From contig NC_014148.1 in assembly GCF_000092105.1 (NCBI RefSeq), forward strand, positions 1,200,001 through 1,232,000: 32,000 bases of DNA. The letters run 5' to 3'. The position numbers were made by a program, and so were the translations under genes. Source of the DNA: Planctopirus limnophila DSM 3776. Its GTDB lineage: Bacteria; Planctomycetota; Planctomycetia; Planctomycetales; Planctomycetaceae. The first letter of the stretch is position 1. The number at the start of each line of letters is the position of its first letter. The notes below the pieces were generated by a model, which made no database searches, had not been told where the DNA came from, and saw only the letters and a program-made list of their open reading frames with translations. This document shows positions 16,669-24,776 of this stretch, in pieces.

Positions 16669-16703
16669 GGGAGGAGCACTACTGGCGAGTCAGCAGTGCT
16701 CCC
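16669..16703 (+). repeat. H6 repeat
   Basis: GGGAGGAGCACTACTGGCGAGTCAGCAGTGCTCCC. Confidence 0.8.
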
Positions 16704-16751
16704 GGAAAAATGAGTTGGCTGGATATGAGTTGGACGTATATAAGTCAGGAA

Positions 16752-16773
16752 GGCAGGCGGGAGCCTGCCCTAG
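16752..16773 (-). repeat. REP-d core, inverted (head CTAGGG)
   Basis: The plus strand reads GGCAGGCGGGAGCCTGCCCTAG. Confidence 0.7.
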
Positions 16774-16796
16774 ATGACTACCCTACTCTGAGTTGC

Positions 16797-18719
16797 TTAG
16801 AGTTCGTTGCCGAGTTGACTGCGAGCGATGAGGCGGCCGAAGAGTTTAACGAGGCCGTCATCGAATTCGAGCTGGAGTTTCAGGGCATCGCCGCTGGGTT
16901 TCATGCGGAAGCGAACTTGATGCCCGGTTCCTTTGAAGGCAATGGCCGATTCTTCCTTGAAAGTTTCCACGGCTCGTCCTCGACGATCAATCAAATCGAC
17001 CCACCGGGAAATTTCGGCAGTCACCAGGATGGGAGCACGTTCTGGTCGTGTGGTATCGTCGGCTGGTTTCGCAGCCTCATCGATCGTTTTTCGCAAGGCG
17101 GCAATCGCTTGACCTTTGCTGGCCGCTGCAAACCAGATGGCTTCTGGAGTGGCGAGGAAAGCGAGTTCTCCACCGTCTTCGCCATAGAGGCGTCGATTGG
17201 CACCATTGGGATCGAGAGTGGCTCGATGCACCGGAAAATCGTTGATGCGGGCGACATCGAGTTCGAGTTTCTGCAAGCGATCATTTTCGGGCTGGCGGTC
17301 TTTGATCAATTGCACCAGTTTTTGAAGTGCGAGGGGAAACTCTTCGCCGCCGGGGAGACGAAAACCACCAACGACCTCGTACTGCGACTGTTCCGCGCCA
17401 ATCATCTGGACGAAAACATCGACCAGGCCCGCCTGGGTCGATCTCTGGAGAGCACCGAAGAGGGGCTGAAAGGCATCGATATCTGTGGGAGCGCCGGGTT
17501 TACCGGCAGCGATCGACTTTTCGATTTCCTTTTTGAGGACTTGTTCGGCTGTTGTCCAGACCTGCTGAAGCAGTGTCTGCTGCTCGGGCTCCAGAATGGT
17601 CGAGACACCGACCGTTAGGGTCGTTTCCCGATCCAGCAGGGCTCCGAATTGACTGTGCCGACCGGGAAAGGCACTGAAGGCTTTGACGAGTTTACTGTCG
17701 GGGGTTCCGACGACTTCGAGTTCTATGGTGGCGACCATTGTCTCGCGATTGAGCCTGGCACCGATGGTGACTTCTTCGGTGTCGGAAACCATTCGCTCAA
17801 ACTGCTTGATCACGGATTCGCCGCCGGCACGCCTGAGGCGGTAACCCTCTGCGGGCTCGTTATCTCTTTGCTGGAGATCTGCTCGTAAAGTCGTCTTGGC
17901 GAATTCGAGAAAGACACTTTTCAAACCTACGGGAATGTTCTTGAGCAAGCCACTGAAACTGGCATCGTAACGGGCAGCAAAGGGTTCGGTGAGTGGGCCT
18001 GGATCGGGGAAGTTCCGATCCGCATGCTCTGCCTCGCCGACCATAATGAGGTAGTTGCCGCGAGTGACAGCGTGAATGGTCGTGCTTTCACCGAAGACGA
18101 CTTTCCAGCGATCTGCCGAGCCTTCGACTTTTTGAAATGTTCCGGGAGTGGGAGACATGCTGCACATCCAGCCCAGGAACTCATCCACATTGGTGACGGG
18201 GATAAATGTGGCAGCCCACATGGGTTCGGTGAGGATGTCTCCGAGGTACATCATCATCCCCAGGGGGCGTGTTCTGTCGACGCCCTTGAGTTCTTTGAGA
18301 TCGTTCTTGAGCCACATTTCCATGGCGGGGATCATGTCAGGACGTTCACACTTCTCGAATAACGTCCGGCCATGCTTTTCGAGAGTTTCGACATTAGCGA
18401 TTTGGGAAAGCAGCAATGGCTGATCGACACGTGCGGGCTTTTGTGGTGCCTCTTGCGAAAAACCGGCGGCTGGAAACGTGCTGAAGATGAGAATCAAACC
18501 CAGCAGCAAGCGATGGATTTGAAGTGGGCCCCGGGAAATCTGGCAGGGATTCGAAAAGCGACTGATGGATTGAACGGACGCTTGGAGCGAGGCAATCGAT
18601 TGCATGAGCCACCCTGGTGAATCGAGTCGAGGAGATGATGAAGTGCTGCTGAGCCATTGCTGATGAGAACGACCACCGACAAATGAAGCCGTTTGAGCAG
18701 ACTCGTGAAGAGTACCCAT
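16797..18719 (-). CDS. Secreted hypothetical protein (~600-640 aa), distant paralog of the 4477-6219 product
   Basis: 640-aa ORF. The hydrophobic signal-like segment (LLLGLILIFSTFPAAGFS) begins ~70 residues in, so the internal ATG at 18605 is a plausible true start. The C-terminal third aligns by eye with the 588-aa protein. Confidence 0.8.
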   Translation of the reverse strand: MGTLHESAQTASFVGGRSHQQWLSSTSSSPRLDSPGWLMQSIASLQASVQSISRFSNPCQISRGPLQIHRLLLGLILIFSTFPAAGFSQEAPQKPARVDQPLLLSQIANVETLEKHGRTLFEKCERPDMIPAMEMWLKNDLKELKGVDRTRPLGMMMYLGDILTEPMWAATFIPVTNVDEFLGWMCSMSPTPGTFQKVEGSADRWKVVFGESTTIHAVTRGNYLIMVGEAEHADRNFPDPGPLTEPFAARYDASFSGLLKNIPVGLKSVFLEFAKTTLRADLQQRDNEPAEGYRLRRAGGESVIKQFERMVSDTEEVTIGARLNRETMVATIELEVVGTPDSKLVKAFSAFPGRHSQFGALLDRETTLTVGVSTILEPEQQTLLQQVWTTAEQVLKKEIEKSIAAGKPGAPTDIDAFQPLFGALQRSTQAGLVDVFVQMIGAEQSQYEVVGGFRLPGGEEFPLALQKLVQLIKDRQPENDRLQKLELDVARINDFPVHRATLDPNGANRRLYGEDGGELAFLATPEAIWFAAASKGQAIAALRKTIDEAAKPADDTTRPERAPILVTAEISRWVDLIDRRGRAVETFKEESAIAFKGTGHQVRFRMKPSGDALKLQLEFDDGLVKLFGRLIARSQLGNEL

Positions 18720-18880
18720 GTGGGAGTCGGCAGGTTTCAGATGGTCTACTCGTAATTGGCGGCAGAATCCAGCAGGAAAACACTTCAGGCCAGGCGTCAG
18801 GGGTTGGAGAGTCCCGAGGTTCTCAATCAGACCCGAGAAAGTGTGATTCAGCGGGTGGAAATGTGTAGATCGCCCCGTAT

Positions 18881-20641
18881 TTACAAATGCTCGGCACCTT
18901 GGTCGGTGTGAATTCTGGCGGAGTGTTCAACCGAGAGAAAATGCGGAGCAGCCACGCTGACTTTGGAAAGGCCTGAGAGAGCCAGGATTTTCTCGCTGAA
19001 ATCGAGATCTGGCACCAGGCAGGGATGCTTGTATTGTTCGAGAGAGCCACCTTTGCGCTGGAGTCGATCCTGGCGAAAGGCTTGCCACGTTCCCTGGGGC
19101 ACTGTAATCACTTCGACAGGCCCCAGCCTGTGAGATTCACGTTTGTCTCGATACTCGCAATTCGAGTTGATCAATTGGCAATCGATGGCCTTTGCCAGCC
19201 GGGAAGCAGAGACACCTTCGGCAAAACTTTCTGTATGCAACCTGTAGTGAGGGGGGGCTCCCCAAACAGGAGCGACAGTAAAACAACCGACTTCACAATG
19301 AAGCTCTCGAGACGCATGATGAACGGCGTTTACGACCTGGGATTCGGAGAGCTTTTCACCAGTGAGATTAGAGATATGGGCTCCTTTGTGGAGAAACTCC
19401 AGCATGGGAGTCTGATGGTAAAACCCCGTGCATCTCACGACATCACGGATATCGTAACGATAAAGGCCAGACGTCGTTGTGAGGAGTATGTAGTAATCCT
19501 GCCCCAGTTCGAGTTCATGAGCACCCAGAACGACAGGATTCGAGCGACCATACTCAGCTTCCGGAATGAATTCAAAATAGTGAGTTCCGATATCCAGTAC
19601 GCCAGAACTCGTTTCGTCTTCCAGAGGAATTGTCATGCGGCCTTCGCTGGCAGAAAGCCCGTGATCTCTTACAGGGACATTGCCATAAAGTTTTCGCATC
19701 GAAGGGAGATAATGCTTGACTGCGCCACCCGTCCACACAGCCAGAGCTTGCAGGTGCGGCCAGAAATCGCCGGGAGTTAACTGCCCCGTCTGCTGAACGA
19801 GATTTTCGAGCCACAACGCTCTCGATTTATTGGGGCGAAAGTGGCCCTTGGTAAAGGTTGTCCGAAATTCTGCCGGGATCGACTGTGCATAATGGATTGT
19901 GCCGTCGTGGATATCTCGGATGAGAGTCTCTTTGTGTTCGTTGGCCAGTTGTGCCCATCGAATTAATGTGCTCGGATTGGCAGTTGTAATCAATCCCACA
20001 TGTTCGTTGGCCATCGCACATCGAAGGCTGATATAGCTCTTGGCCTCTGTGTCTCGAACTTTGGCAACTTCGGGTGGAATCGTATACATCGAGCGCACAA
20101 TGCGGCTCTGCATGCTCGTGACCAGGCCGCTGATGTTGCCGCAAGGTGTCCCGCCGGATGTGTGAAACTGTTCGTAGTCGCTGGTGAGCTGCACGATGTC
20201 GAGCCGATTGGCTTTTTCGTGGTCGTTAAAGAAACGAAGCCCCCAGATATTCCACCCACGCCGGTAATCATCAAGAAATGGTTTTGTGATGGGAATATAC
20301 TTCGATTCAGCGGTTGTTCCGCTGCTCAATGCGAACATCAGGAGTGGATTATTCGCCCCTAGCAGTGCAGAGGTCGCTCCCCGTTGGACCTGCTCAATGT
20401 AAGGCCTGACGAGTTCAAAATCTGAGACCGGGATCTGGAGCCGGTAATCATCTGGCGAAAGCGAAGCCTTTAATCCGTGCTTGCGAGAGAACTCACTGGT
20501 CGCATTGAGTGCCAGAATTCTCGACAACGTCTCACGCTGAGTCCGATAGCACTGCTCACAACGAGAAAGATATTCGTCGGCAACGTGGCTCAAACGACGC
20601 CGGACGAGCTTGCCTCCAAGGTAACGCAACATCCTCAGCAT
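18881..20641 (-). CDS. GH3-family (auxin-responsive-promoter family) adenylate-forming enzyme
   Basis: It has ALSSGTTAESKYIPIT (the SSGTT-x-K adenylation motif), a C-terminal YKHP block and ~585 aa. The ORF is open to TTG at 20704. I prefer ATG at 20641 (GGGAA 7 nt upstream). Confidence 0.8.
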   Translation of the reverse strand: MLRMLRYLGGKLVRRRLSHVADEYLSRCEQCYRTQRETLSRILALNATSEFSRKHGLKASLSPDDYRLQIPVSDFELVRPYIEQVQRGATSALLGANNPLLMFALSSGTTAESKYIPITKPFLDDYRRGWNIWGLRFFNDHEKANRLDIVQLTSDYEQFHTSGGTPCGNISGLVTSMQSRIVRSMYTIPPEVAKVRDTEAKSYISLRCAMANEHVGLITTANPSTLIRWAQLANEHKETLIRDIHDGTIHYAQSIPAEFRTTFTKGHFRPNKSRALWLENLVQQTGQLTPGDFWPHLQALAVWTGGAVKHYLPSMRKLYGNVPVRDHGLSASEGRMTIPLEDETSSGVLDIGTHYFEFIPEAEYGRSNPVVLGAHELELGQDYYILLTTTSGLYRYDIRDVVRCTGFYHQTPMLEFLHKGAHISNLTGEKLSESQVVNAVHHASRELHCEVGCFTVAPVWGAPPHYRLHTESFAEGVSASRLAKAIDCQLINSNCEYRDKRESHRLGPVEVITVPQGTWQAFRQDRLQRKGGSLEQYKHPCLVPDLDFSEKILALSGLSKVSVAAPHFLSVEHSARIHTDQGAEHL

Positions 20642-20870
20642 ACAAAAATTCCCAGAGTTTCCGGCCGTCGTGATTTCGCCCGTATCTGTGGAGAAAACAG
20701 GCAATCAGTGCACTACTCAGGGTTATCGGTGCGAAAGGAGGGAGAGTTGAGAGGCCACTACCGGTTGGGGGGATTCTGCCGCAAAGTCCGCCCCCGCAAG
20801 CGATCTCCAATAGCGAATTCATACCGGTGATCAAGCTCGATTCCATCCCGCAGAATCAAGCCCTGCAAAC

Positions 20871-20905
20871 GAAAAAGGCCTCGCCAACAAAAGTGACGAG
20901 GCCTT
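20871..20905 (-). terminator. Rho-independent terminator after the small basic protein gene
   Basis: On the minus strand, AAGGCCTCG (20905-20897) pairs with CGAGGCCTT (20883-20875), followed by TTTCGTTTG. Confidence 0.65.
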
Positions 20906-20959
20906 AAAATGATACAGCGTAATGACTTAGAGAAGAGTAGGAACAAGAAAAAGCATGCA

Positions 20960-21193
20960 CTACTTCTTCTTAGCTGCCTTCTTCTTATCATCCTTCTTAT
21001 CTTCTGCAGCCTTCTTCTTCTTCTTCTTGCCAATCACCATTTTCACGATACGAAGCTTCGGAAGTCCAAACGGGCTATCCTGTGTGCCCAGCTTGTCTTC
21101 TCCAATCATCTGCAGAATTCGCTCACTTCGCGACAGAACATTGCGGGAACGTGCGAGACGGCCCTTACGCTTCAAACTTTTATCGATCGACAC
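20960..21193 (-). CDS. Small basic protein with poly-Lys tail (77 aa)
   Basis: GTG at 21193 with GGAG 7 nt upstream. The product (M)[34 protein letters not shown]...[36 protein letters not shown] resembles the 'small basic protein' family annotated in Planctomycetota/Verrucomicrobiota. This is from memory and needs an HMM check. Confidence 0.6.
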   Translation of the reverse strand: MSIDKSLKRKGRLARSRNVLSRSERILQMIGEDKLGTQDSPFGLPKLRIVKMVIGKKKKKKAAEDKKDDKKKAAKKK

Positions 21194-21701
21194 GACCCAA
21201 CTCCAGATCTCGTCAGTAGTTCCGGCAATAAACCAGAGCATGTACGCATCCGCTGCACGCTCCTCATCCCTTAAGTCTAATCGCCATCTCGTTGTTTCGC
21301 AACCGTTGCACTCTCTTCTCCACCCGAGGCCCACGAGGCCAGTCGCCAGACTTTTCACGCTCCATACGCACTCAGAATCTTCACTTTCCTTCACTCTCAA
21401 GGAAACTCCACTCGTGGATTACCGAACTTCCAGCTCGGCGCCTGCCATAGTTTTGCCCCTGAAGCAAAGCTATCTGTTATATCACCAATCAAAAGAGTGA
21501 CAAAACTTCCGCATGACCTGCTGGCACAACGGCTTCGCATATCATCAATCACCTGAACACTCCCATCACAACCCGATCCCCAAAAATCCCGGCCGATCAA
21601 CCCCTCACCATTCAGTCCCGCCAGTATCCTCCGCTACAATCCTTTCGCGACTCTCCCCCCCAACAACTTCAACCCCTCGTTCCGCCGAAAGTCCGCCAAT
21701 C

Positions 21702-23783
21702 ATGAGTTCCTCCAGAGGTGCCTGGGCTTCACGCATCGGTCTCGTGCTGGCCATGGCAGGAAATGCCGTCGGGCTCGGCAACTTCCTCAGATTCCCAGGC
21801 CTCTGCACAAAGTATGGCGGTGCCTTCCTCATCCCCTACTTCATCGCTCTCCTCCTCCTCGGAATCCCACTCATGTGGGTCGAATGGTCCATCGGTCGCT
21901 ACGGCGGACAATTCGGACACTCCACCGCACCGGGCGTCTTCGATAAACTCTGGCGCAACCGCTTCTCAAAATATCTAGGTGCTCTCGGCGTAGCACTCCC
22001 TTTACTCATTACCATCTACTATTGCTATATAGAGTCCTGGTGCCTCGCCTATACCTGGTACTCGGTCACCAGACCATTCGCCCCGCAGGAAGGCGACACC
22101 CAAAAGATCCTCTATTCGCCCGTCTCTCCACAACTCGTTACAGAAGTCGCCGCCTGGAAGTCATCCCGTGCTCTCGCACTCCCCATCTCTCGCACTGAGT
22201 GGGAACAAAAAGGCCAGAATCTCAAATCCGCCAACCCTCGCCGCTTCGAAAAACTCAACCCACCAGCCATCTTCTCCAACCTTGATACCAACCGCGACGA
22301 CTCCCTCACCACCGATGAATTGACCCTGCAATCCTCCAACAACTCAAACCTCATGCGCGATCTCATCTCGCAGGATCGCGAGGCCCAGCTCGCCAAAGAA
22401 CCCATCACCAAAGCCGAATGGCTCGCCGCAACGGAGTTTATCCTTCAGCACAATCCCGAGATGGCTCGCCTTCTCAAACTTCCCAGCGATGCCGCTTTTA
22501 CAGCCATCGATCTCAATAAAAATAACGCTCTCGATCCCCCCGAACGCCTCGCCATCGAAAAACCCCTCGCCAATGCCCGCACACAACTCTTCCTCGATGA
22601 ATACCTCGGCAGCCGCTCCTATGAAGACCCCGCTATCGAAGCCACCTACTTCCGCACTCTCTGGCCCGCCGTCTTCTTCTGGATCGTCACCGTAGCGATC
22701 AACTGTCTCGTCCTGGGGACTGATATCAATGCCGGCATCGAACGTCTCGCAAAAATCGCCATGCCCGCTCTCATTATCTTTGCTATCATCCTCGCTGCCC
22801 GCGTCCTCACGTTCCAGTCCCCATCCACAGCCGAGCATGGCTACACCGTCTGGGATGGCATGAACTTCATCTGGGAGCCCCGCTTCGATCAACTCGCCAA
22901 TCCCGAAATGTGGCTCGCTGCCGCCGGACAGATTTTCTTTACGCTCTCCGTAGGCACAGGCAGCATCCTTTGCTATGCCAGCTATTTAAAGCGGAATGAC
23001 GATTGTGCTCTCACTGGCCTCGCAACAGCTTCCACCAACGAGTTCTGCGAAATTGTCCTCGGCGGCTCAATCGCTATCCCCATGGCCGTCGCCGTCTTCG
23101 GCCTCTTCGGTGCTCAAGCCATTGCCAGTGGCGGCTCATTTAATATCGGCTTCGTCGCCATGCCTCTCATCTTCGAACAGATGCCCCTCGGCCGTCTCTT
23201 CGGCCCCGTCTGGTTTGCTCTCCTCTTCTTTGCAGGCATCACATCCTCCGTCGCCCTTGCCTCTCCCATGATGGCCTTCCTTCAGGATGAATTCGGCATC
23301 TCCCGCAAATCGGCCGCAGGCATCCTCTTTGGCATCCTCATTGGCTTCGGCATCCCCGTCGTCGTCTTTCCAGGCTCCGCCTACCTCGATCAGTTGGATT
23401 TCTGGGCCGGAACATTAGGCCTCTTTATCTTCGCTCTCATTGAACTGATCATCTTTGGCTGGATCTTCGGCGGTAAAGAAATGTGGGCCGAAATGACTCG
23501 CGGTGCGCAAATCCCCATGCCCAGATTCGTCTACTACCTCGTCCGCTACGTCGCTCCGATCTATATGTTCGTGATTCTCGGCCTCTGGATCTCGCAGGAA
23601 TGGCAAACCCTCACTTCCGTCGAATCTTTCCTGCCCGAACAACGCGGCTACATCTGGATGGCCCGCGCCTCAGTCGTCACCGTCATCGGCCTCGTCGCCC
23701 TCCTGGTAGGCCTCGCCTGGGCCACAAAATCTGACCGACAAGTCCGTCAATCCCCGCCCCAACAAAACGAGCCGGAAGCGTAA
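21702..23783 (+). CDS. Sodium-dependent transporter, NSS/SNF (SLC6-like) family, with a large EL2 insertion
   Basis: ATG at 21702 gives MSSSRGAWASRIGLVLAMAGNAVGLGNFLRFP, the NSS TM1 signature. I count about 11-12 TM segments. A non-TM insertion of ~190 aa lies between TM3 and TM4. The track ORF's extra 63 N-terminal residues are P/S/H-rich leader. Confidence 0.9.
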   Translation: MSSSRGAWASRIGLVLAMAGNAVGLGNFLRFPGLCTKYGGAFLIPYFIALLLLGIPLMWVEWSIGRYGGQFGHSTAPGVFDKLWRNRFSKYLGALGVALPLLITIYYCYIESWCLAYTWYSVTRPFAPQEGDTQKILYSPVSPQLVTEVAAWKSSRALALPISRTEWEQKGQNLKSANPRRFEKLNPPAIFSNLDTNRDDSLTTDELTLQSSNNSNLMRDLISQDREAQLAKEPITKAEWLAATEFILQHNPEMARLLKLPSDAAFTAIDLNKNNALDPPERLAIEKPLANARTQLFLDEYLGSRSYEDPAIEATYFRTLWPAVFFWIVTVAINCLVLGTDINAGIERLAKIAMPALIIFAIILAARVLTFQSPSTAEHGYTVWDGMNFIWEPRFDQLANPEMWLAAAGQIFFTLSVGTGSILCYASYLKRNDDCALTGLATASTNEFCEIVLGGSIAIPMAVAVFGLFGAQAIASGGSFNIGFVAMPLIFEQMPLGRLFGPVWFALLFFAGITSSVALASPMMAFLQDEFGISRKSAAGILFGILIGFGIPVVVFPGSAYLDQLDFWAGTLGLFIFALIELIIFGWIFGGKEMWAEMTRGAQIPMPRFVYYLVRYVAPIYMFVILGLWISQEWQTLTSVESFLPEQRGYIWMARASVVTVIGLVALLVGLAWATKSDRQVRQSPPQQNEPEA
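22284..22319 (+). other. EF-hand-like Ca-binding loop 1 inside the NSS EL2 insertion
   Basis: DTNRDDSLTTDE fits D-x-N-x-D-x-x-L-T-x-x-E (ligand positions 1, 3, 5, 9 and 12, with a hydrophobic residue at 8). Confidence 0.4.
22509..22544 (+). other. EF-hand-like Ca-binding loop 2 inside the NSS EL2 insertion
   Basis: DLNKNNALDPPE fits D-x-N-x-N-x-x-L-D-x-x-E. Confidence 0.4.
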
Positions 23784-23790
23784 GCGACGG
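23761..23790 (+). repeat. R4 module (AACAACGAGCCGGAAGCGTAAGCGACGG) overlapping the NSS transporter stop codon
   Basis: The module supplies the codons ...EPEA plus TAA (23781-23783). Confidence 0.8.
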
Positions 23791-23807
23791 AATTATTGTT
23801 TAACCCC

Positions 23808-23830
23808 GTAGGGTCCGCTATGCGGACCAT
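23808..23830 (+). repeat. REP-a
   Basis: GTAGGGTCCGCTATGCGGACCAT. Confidence 0.8.
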
Positions 23831-23864
23831 AACCCGGTGCTATGTTGTATATATCTTGTCAATC

Positions 23865-23974
23865 GTAGGGCAGGCCCCCGCCTGCCTTCCTACTACCCAA
23901 CGCGACATCGCGAGCAAAAAAACAACGAGCCGGAAGCGTAAGCGACGGGCATTCATCATTTACTTCCATAAAGC
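23865..23974 (+). repeat. U composite unit, copy 1 (REP-d + CCCAAC spacer + AACAACGAGCCGGAAGCGTAAGCGACGGGCA + TACTTCCATAAAGC)
   Basis: It aligns along its length with 24300-24406 and 29690-29795. Confidence 0.8.
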
Positions 23975-23976
23975 AT

Positions 23977-24008
23977 GTAGGGTGGGTTAAGGCTCTGCGC
24001 AACCTACC
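23977..24008 (+). repeat. REP-b
   Basis: GTAGGGTGGGTTAAGGCTCTGCGCAACCTACC. Confidence 0.8.
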
Positions 24009-24017
24009 AAGTGTTAT

Positions 24018-24049
24018 GTAGGGTGGATGAAGTTCTGACGCAATGCACC
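24018..24049 (+). repeat. REP-c (GTAGGGTGCAT-loop-ATGCACC)
   Basis: GTAGGGTGGATGAAGTTCTGACGCAATGCACC. Confidence 0.75.
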
Positions 24050-24197
24050 ATCTTCCTGCTGCGACATTCCCCCGTCGGCTGGGCTAAGCCCCGCGCAACC
24101 CACTATCGTCAACCCTCGCCCGGTCCTCCGGGAGAGGGTAGCCGCAGGCCGGGTGAGGGCCGCCTTTCTATGTGTTCACGTAGTGCATGCAGTGCAC

Positions 24198-24229
24198 GTA
24201 GGGTGGGTTAAGGCTCTGCTTAACCCGCC
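24198..24229 (+). repeat. REP-b
   Basis: GTAGGGTGGGTTAAGGCTCTGCTTAACCCGCC. Confidence 0.8.
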
Positions 24230-24238
24230 AGGTCCTAT

Positions 24239-24270
24239 GTAGGGTGCATGAGGTTCCGACGCAATGCACC
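24239..24270 (+). repeat. REP-c
   Basis: GTAGGGTGCATGAGGTTCCGACGCAATGCACC. Confidence 0.8.
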
Positions 24271-24299
24271 ATCATATTACTACATATTCCACAATTTAA

Positions 24300-24406
24300 A
24301 TAGGCCACACCCCGCCTGCCATCCCACTCCCCAACATGACGTCGCCAAAACAACAACGAGCCGGAAGCGTAAGCGACGGGCATTCATCATGTACTTCCAT
24401 AAAGCG
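24300..24406 (+). repeat. U composite unit, copy 2
   Basis: The module order is the same as in copy 1, and the head is degenerate (ATAGGCCACACCCCGCCTGCC). Confidence 0.8.
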
Positions 24407-24418
24407 CACGGTAGCCCT

Positions 24419-24499
24419 GTAGGGCAGGCTCCCGCCTGCCGATTGCGAATACTACACTCTTTGGGCTCAATCCAGAAAGACAGGTACCCACGAGCCCGC
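24419..24499 (+). repeat. REP-d with 3' extension (GTAGGGCAGGC-tccc-GCCTGCC + ...GGACTCRATCCAGAAAGACAGGYACCCACGAGCCCGC)
   Basis: The same ~80-nt unit occurs at 29796-29877 and, without the head, inside X1 and X2. Confidence 0.8.
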
Positions 24500-24523
24500 C
24501 CAACATCACTGAGTCTTCTCCGA

Positions 24524-24546
24524 CCTTCGTGCTTTTCGTGTCCTTC
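24524..24546 (+). repeat. T9 motif abutting the 5' end of F1 copy D
   Basis: CCTTCGTGCTTTTCGTGTCCTTC. Confidence 0.7.
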
Positions 24547-24752
24547 GCAGGGTGGCACAGGTTGCTCGTCCGCGAGCTACCTGTGTGCCGGAGGAAAAGG
24601 AGGCATTGTTGGAAAAAGCCCTCTTCAGTTAGTTTATGACAGTTTTTTATATTCAACTGAATCAGGCGAGGCGTTCATCCTTTTGGGTTTTCACCACCCC
24701 GGTAGAATCGGAATTTCAACCGGAGCCACTCTGCCAACCTGTGCCACCCTGC
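24547..24752 (+). repeat. F1 composite structured repeat, copy D (core replaced; perfect 16-nt terminal inverted repeat)
   Basis: GCAGGGTGGCACAGGT (24547-24562) matches ACCTGTGCCACCCTGC (24737-24752). The 5' and 3' hairpins are retained, and the middle (~24597-24700) is unrelated AT-rich sequence. Confidence 0.8.
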
Positions 24753-24776
24753 GCACACCATCCGTTCAGATGAACA

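Noticed and set aside
16710-17618. 302-aa plus-strand ORF
   Set aside because: It is entirely antisense to the better-supported 640-aa minus-strand gene, and it begins in a repeat cluster.
20955-21500. 181-aa plus-strand ORF with poly-F/L/S stretches
   Set aside because: It is antisense to the small basic protein gene. The poly-Phe/Leu run is the complement of the poly-Lys tail.
21513-21701. 63-codon N-terminal extension of the NSS transporter
   Set aside because: This is a P/S/H/T-rich translation of the C-rich leader. The NSS TM1 signature follows directly after the Met at 21702.
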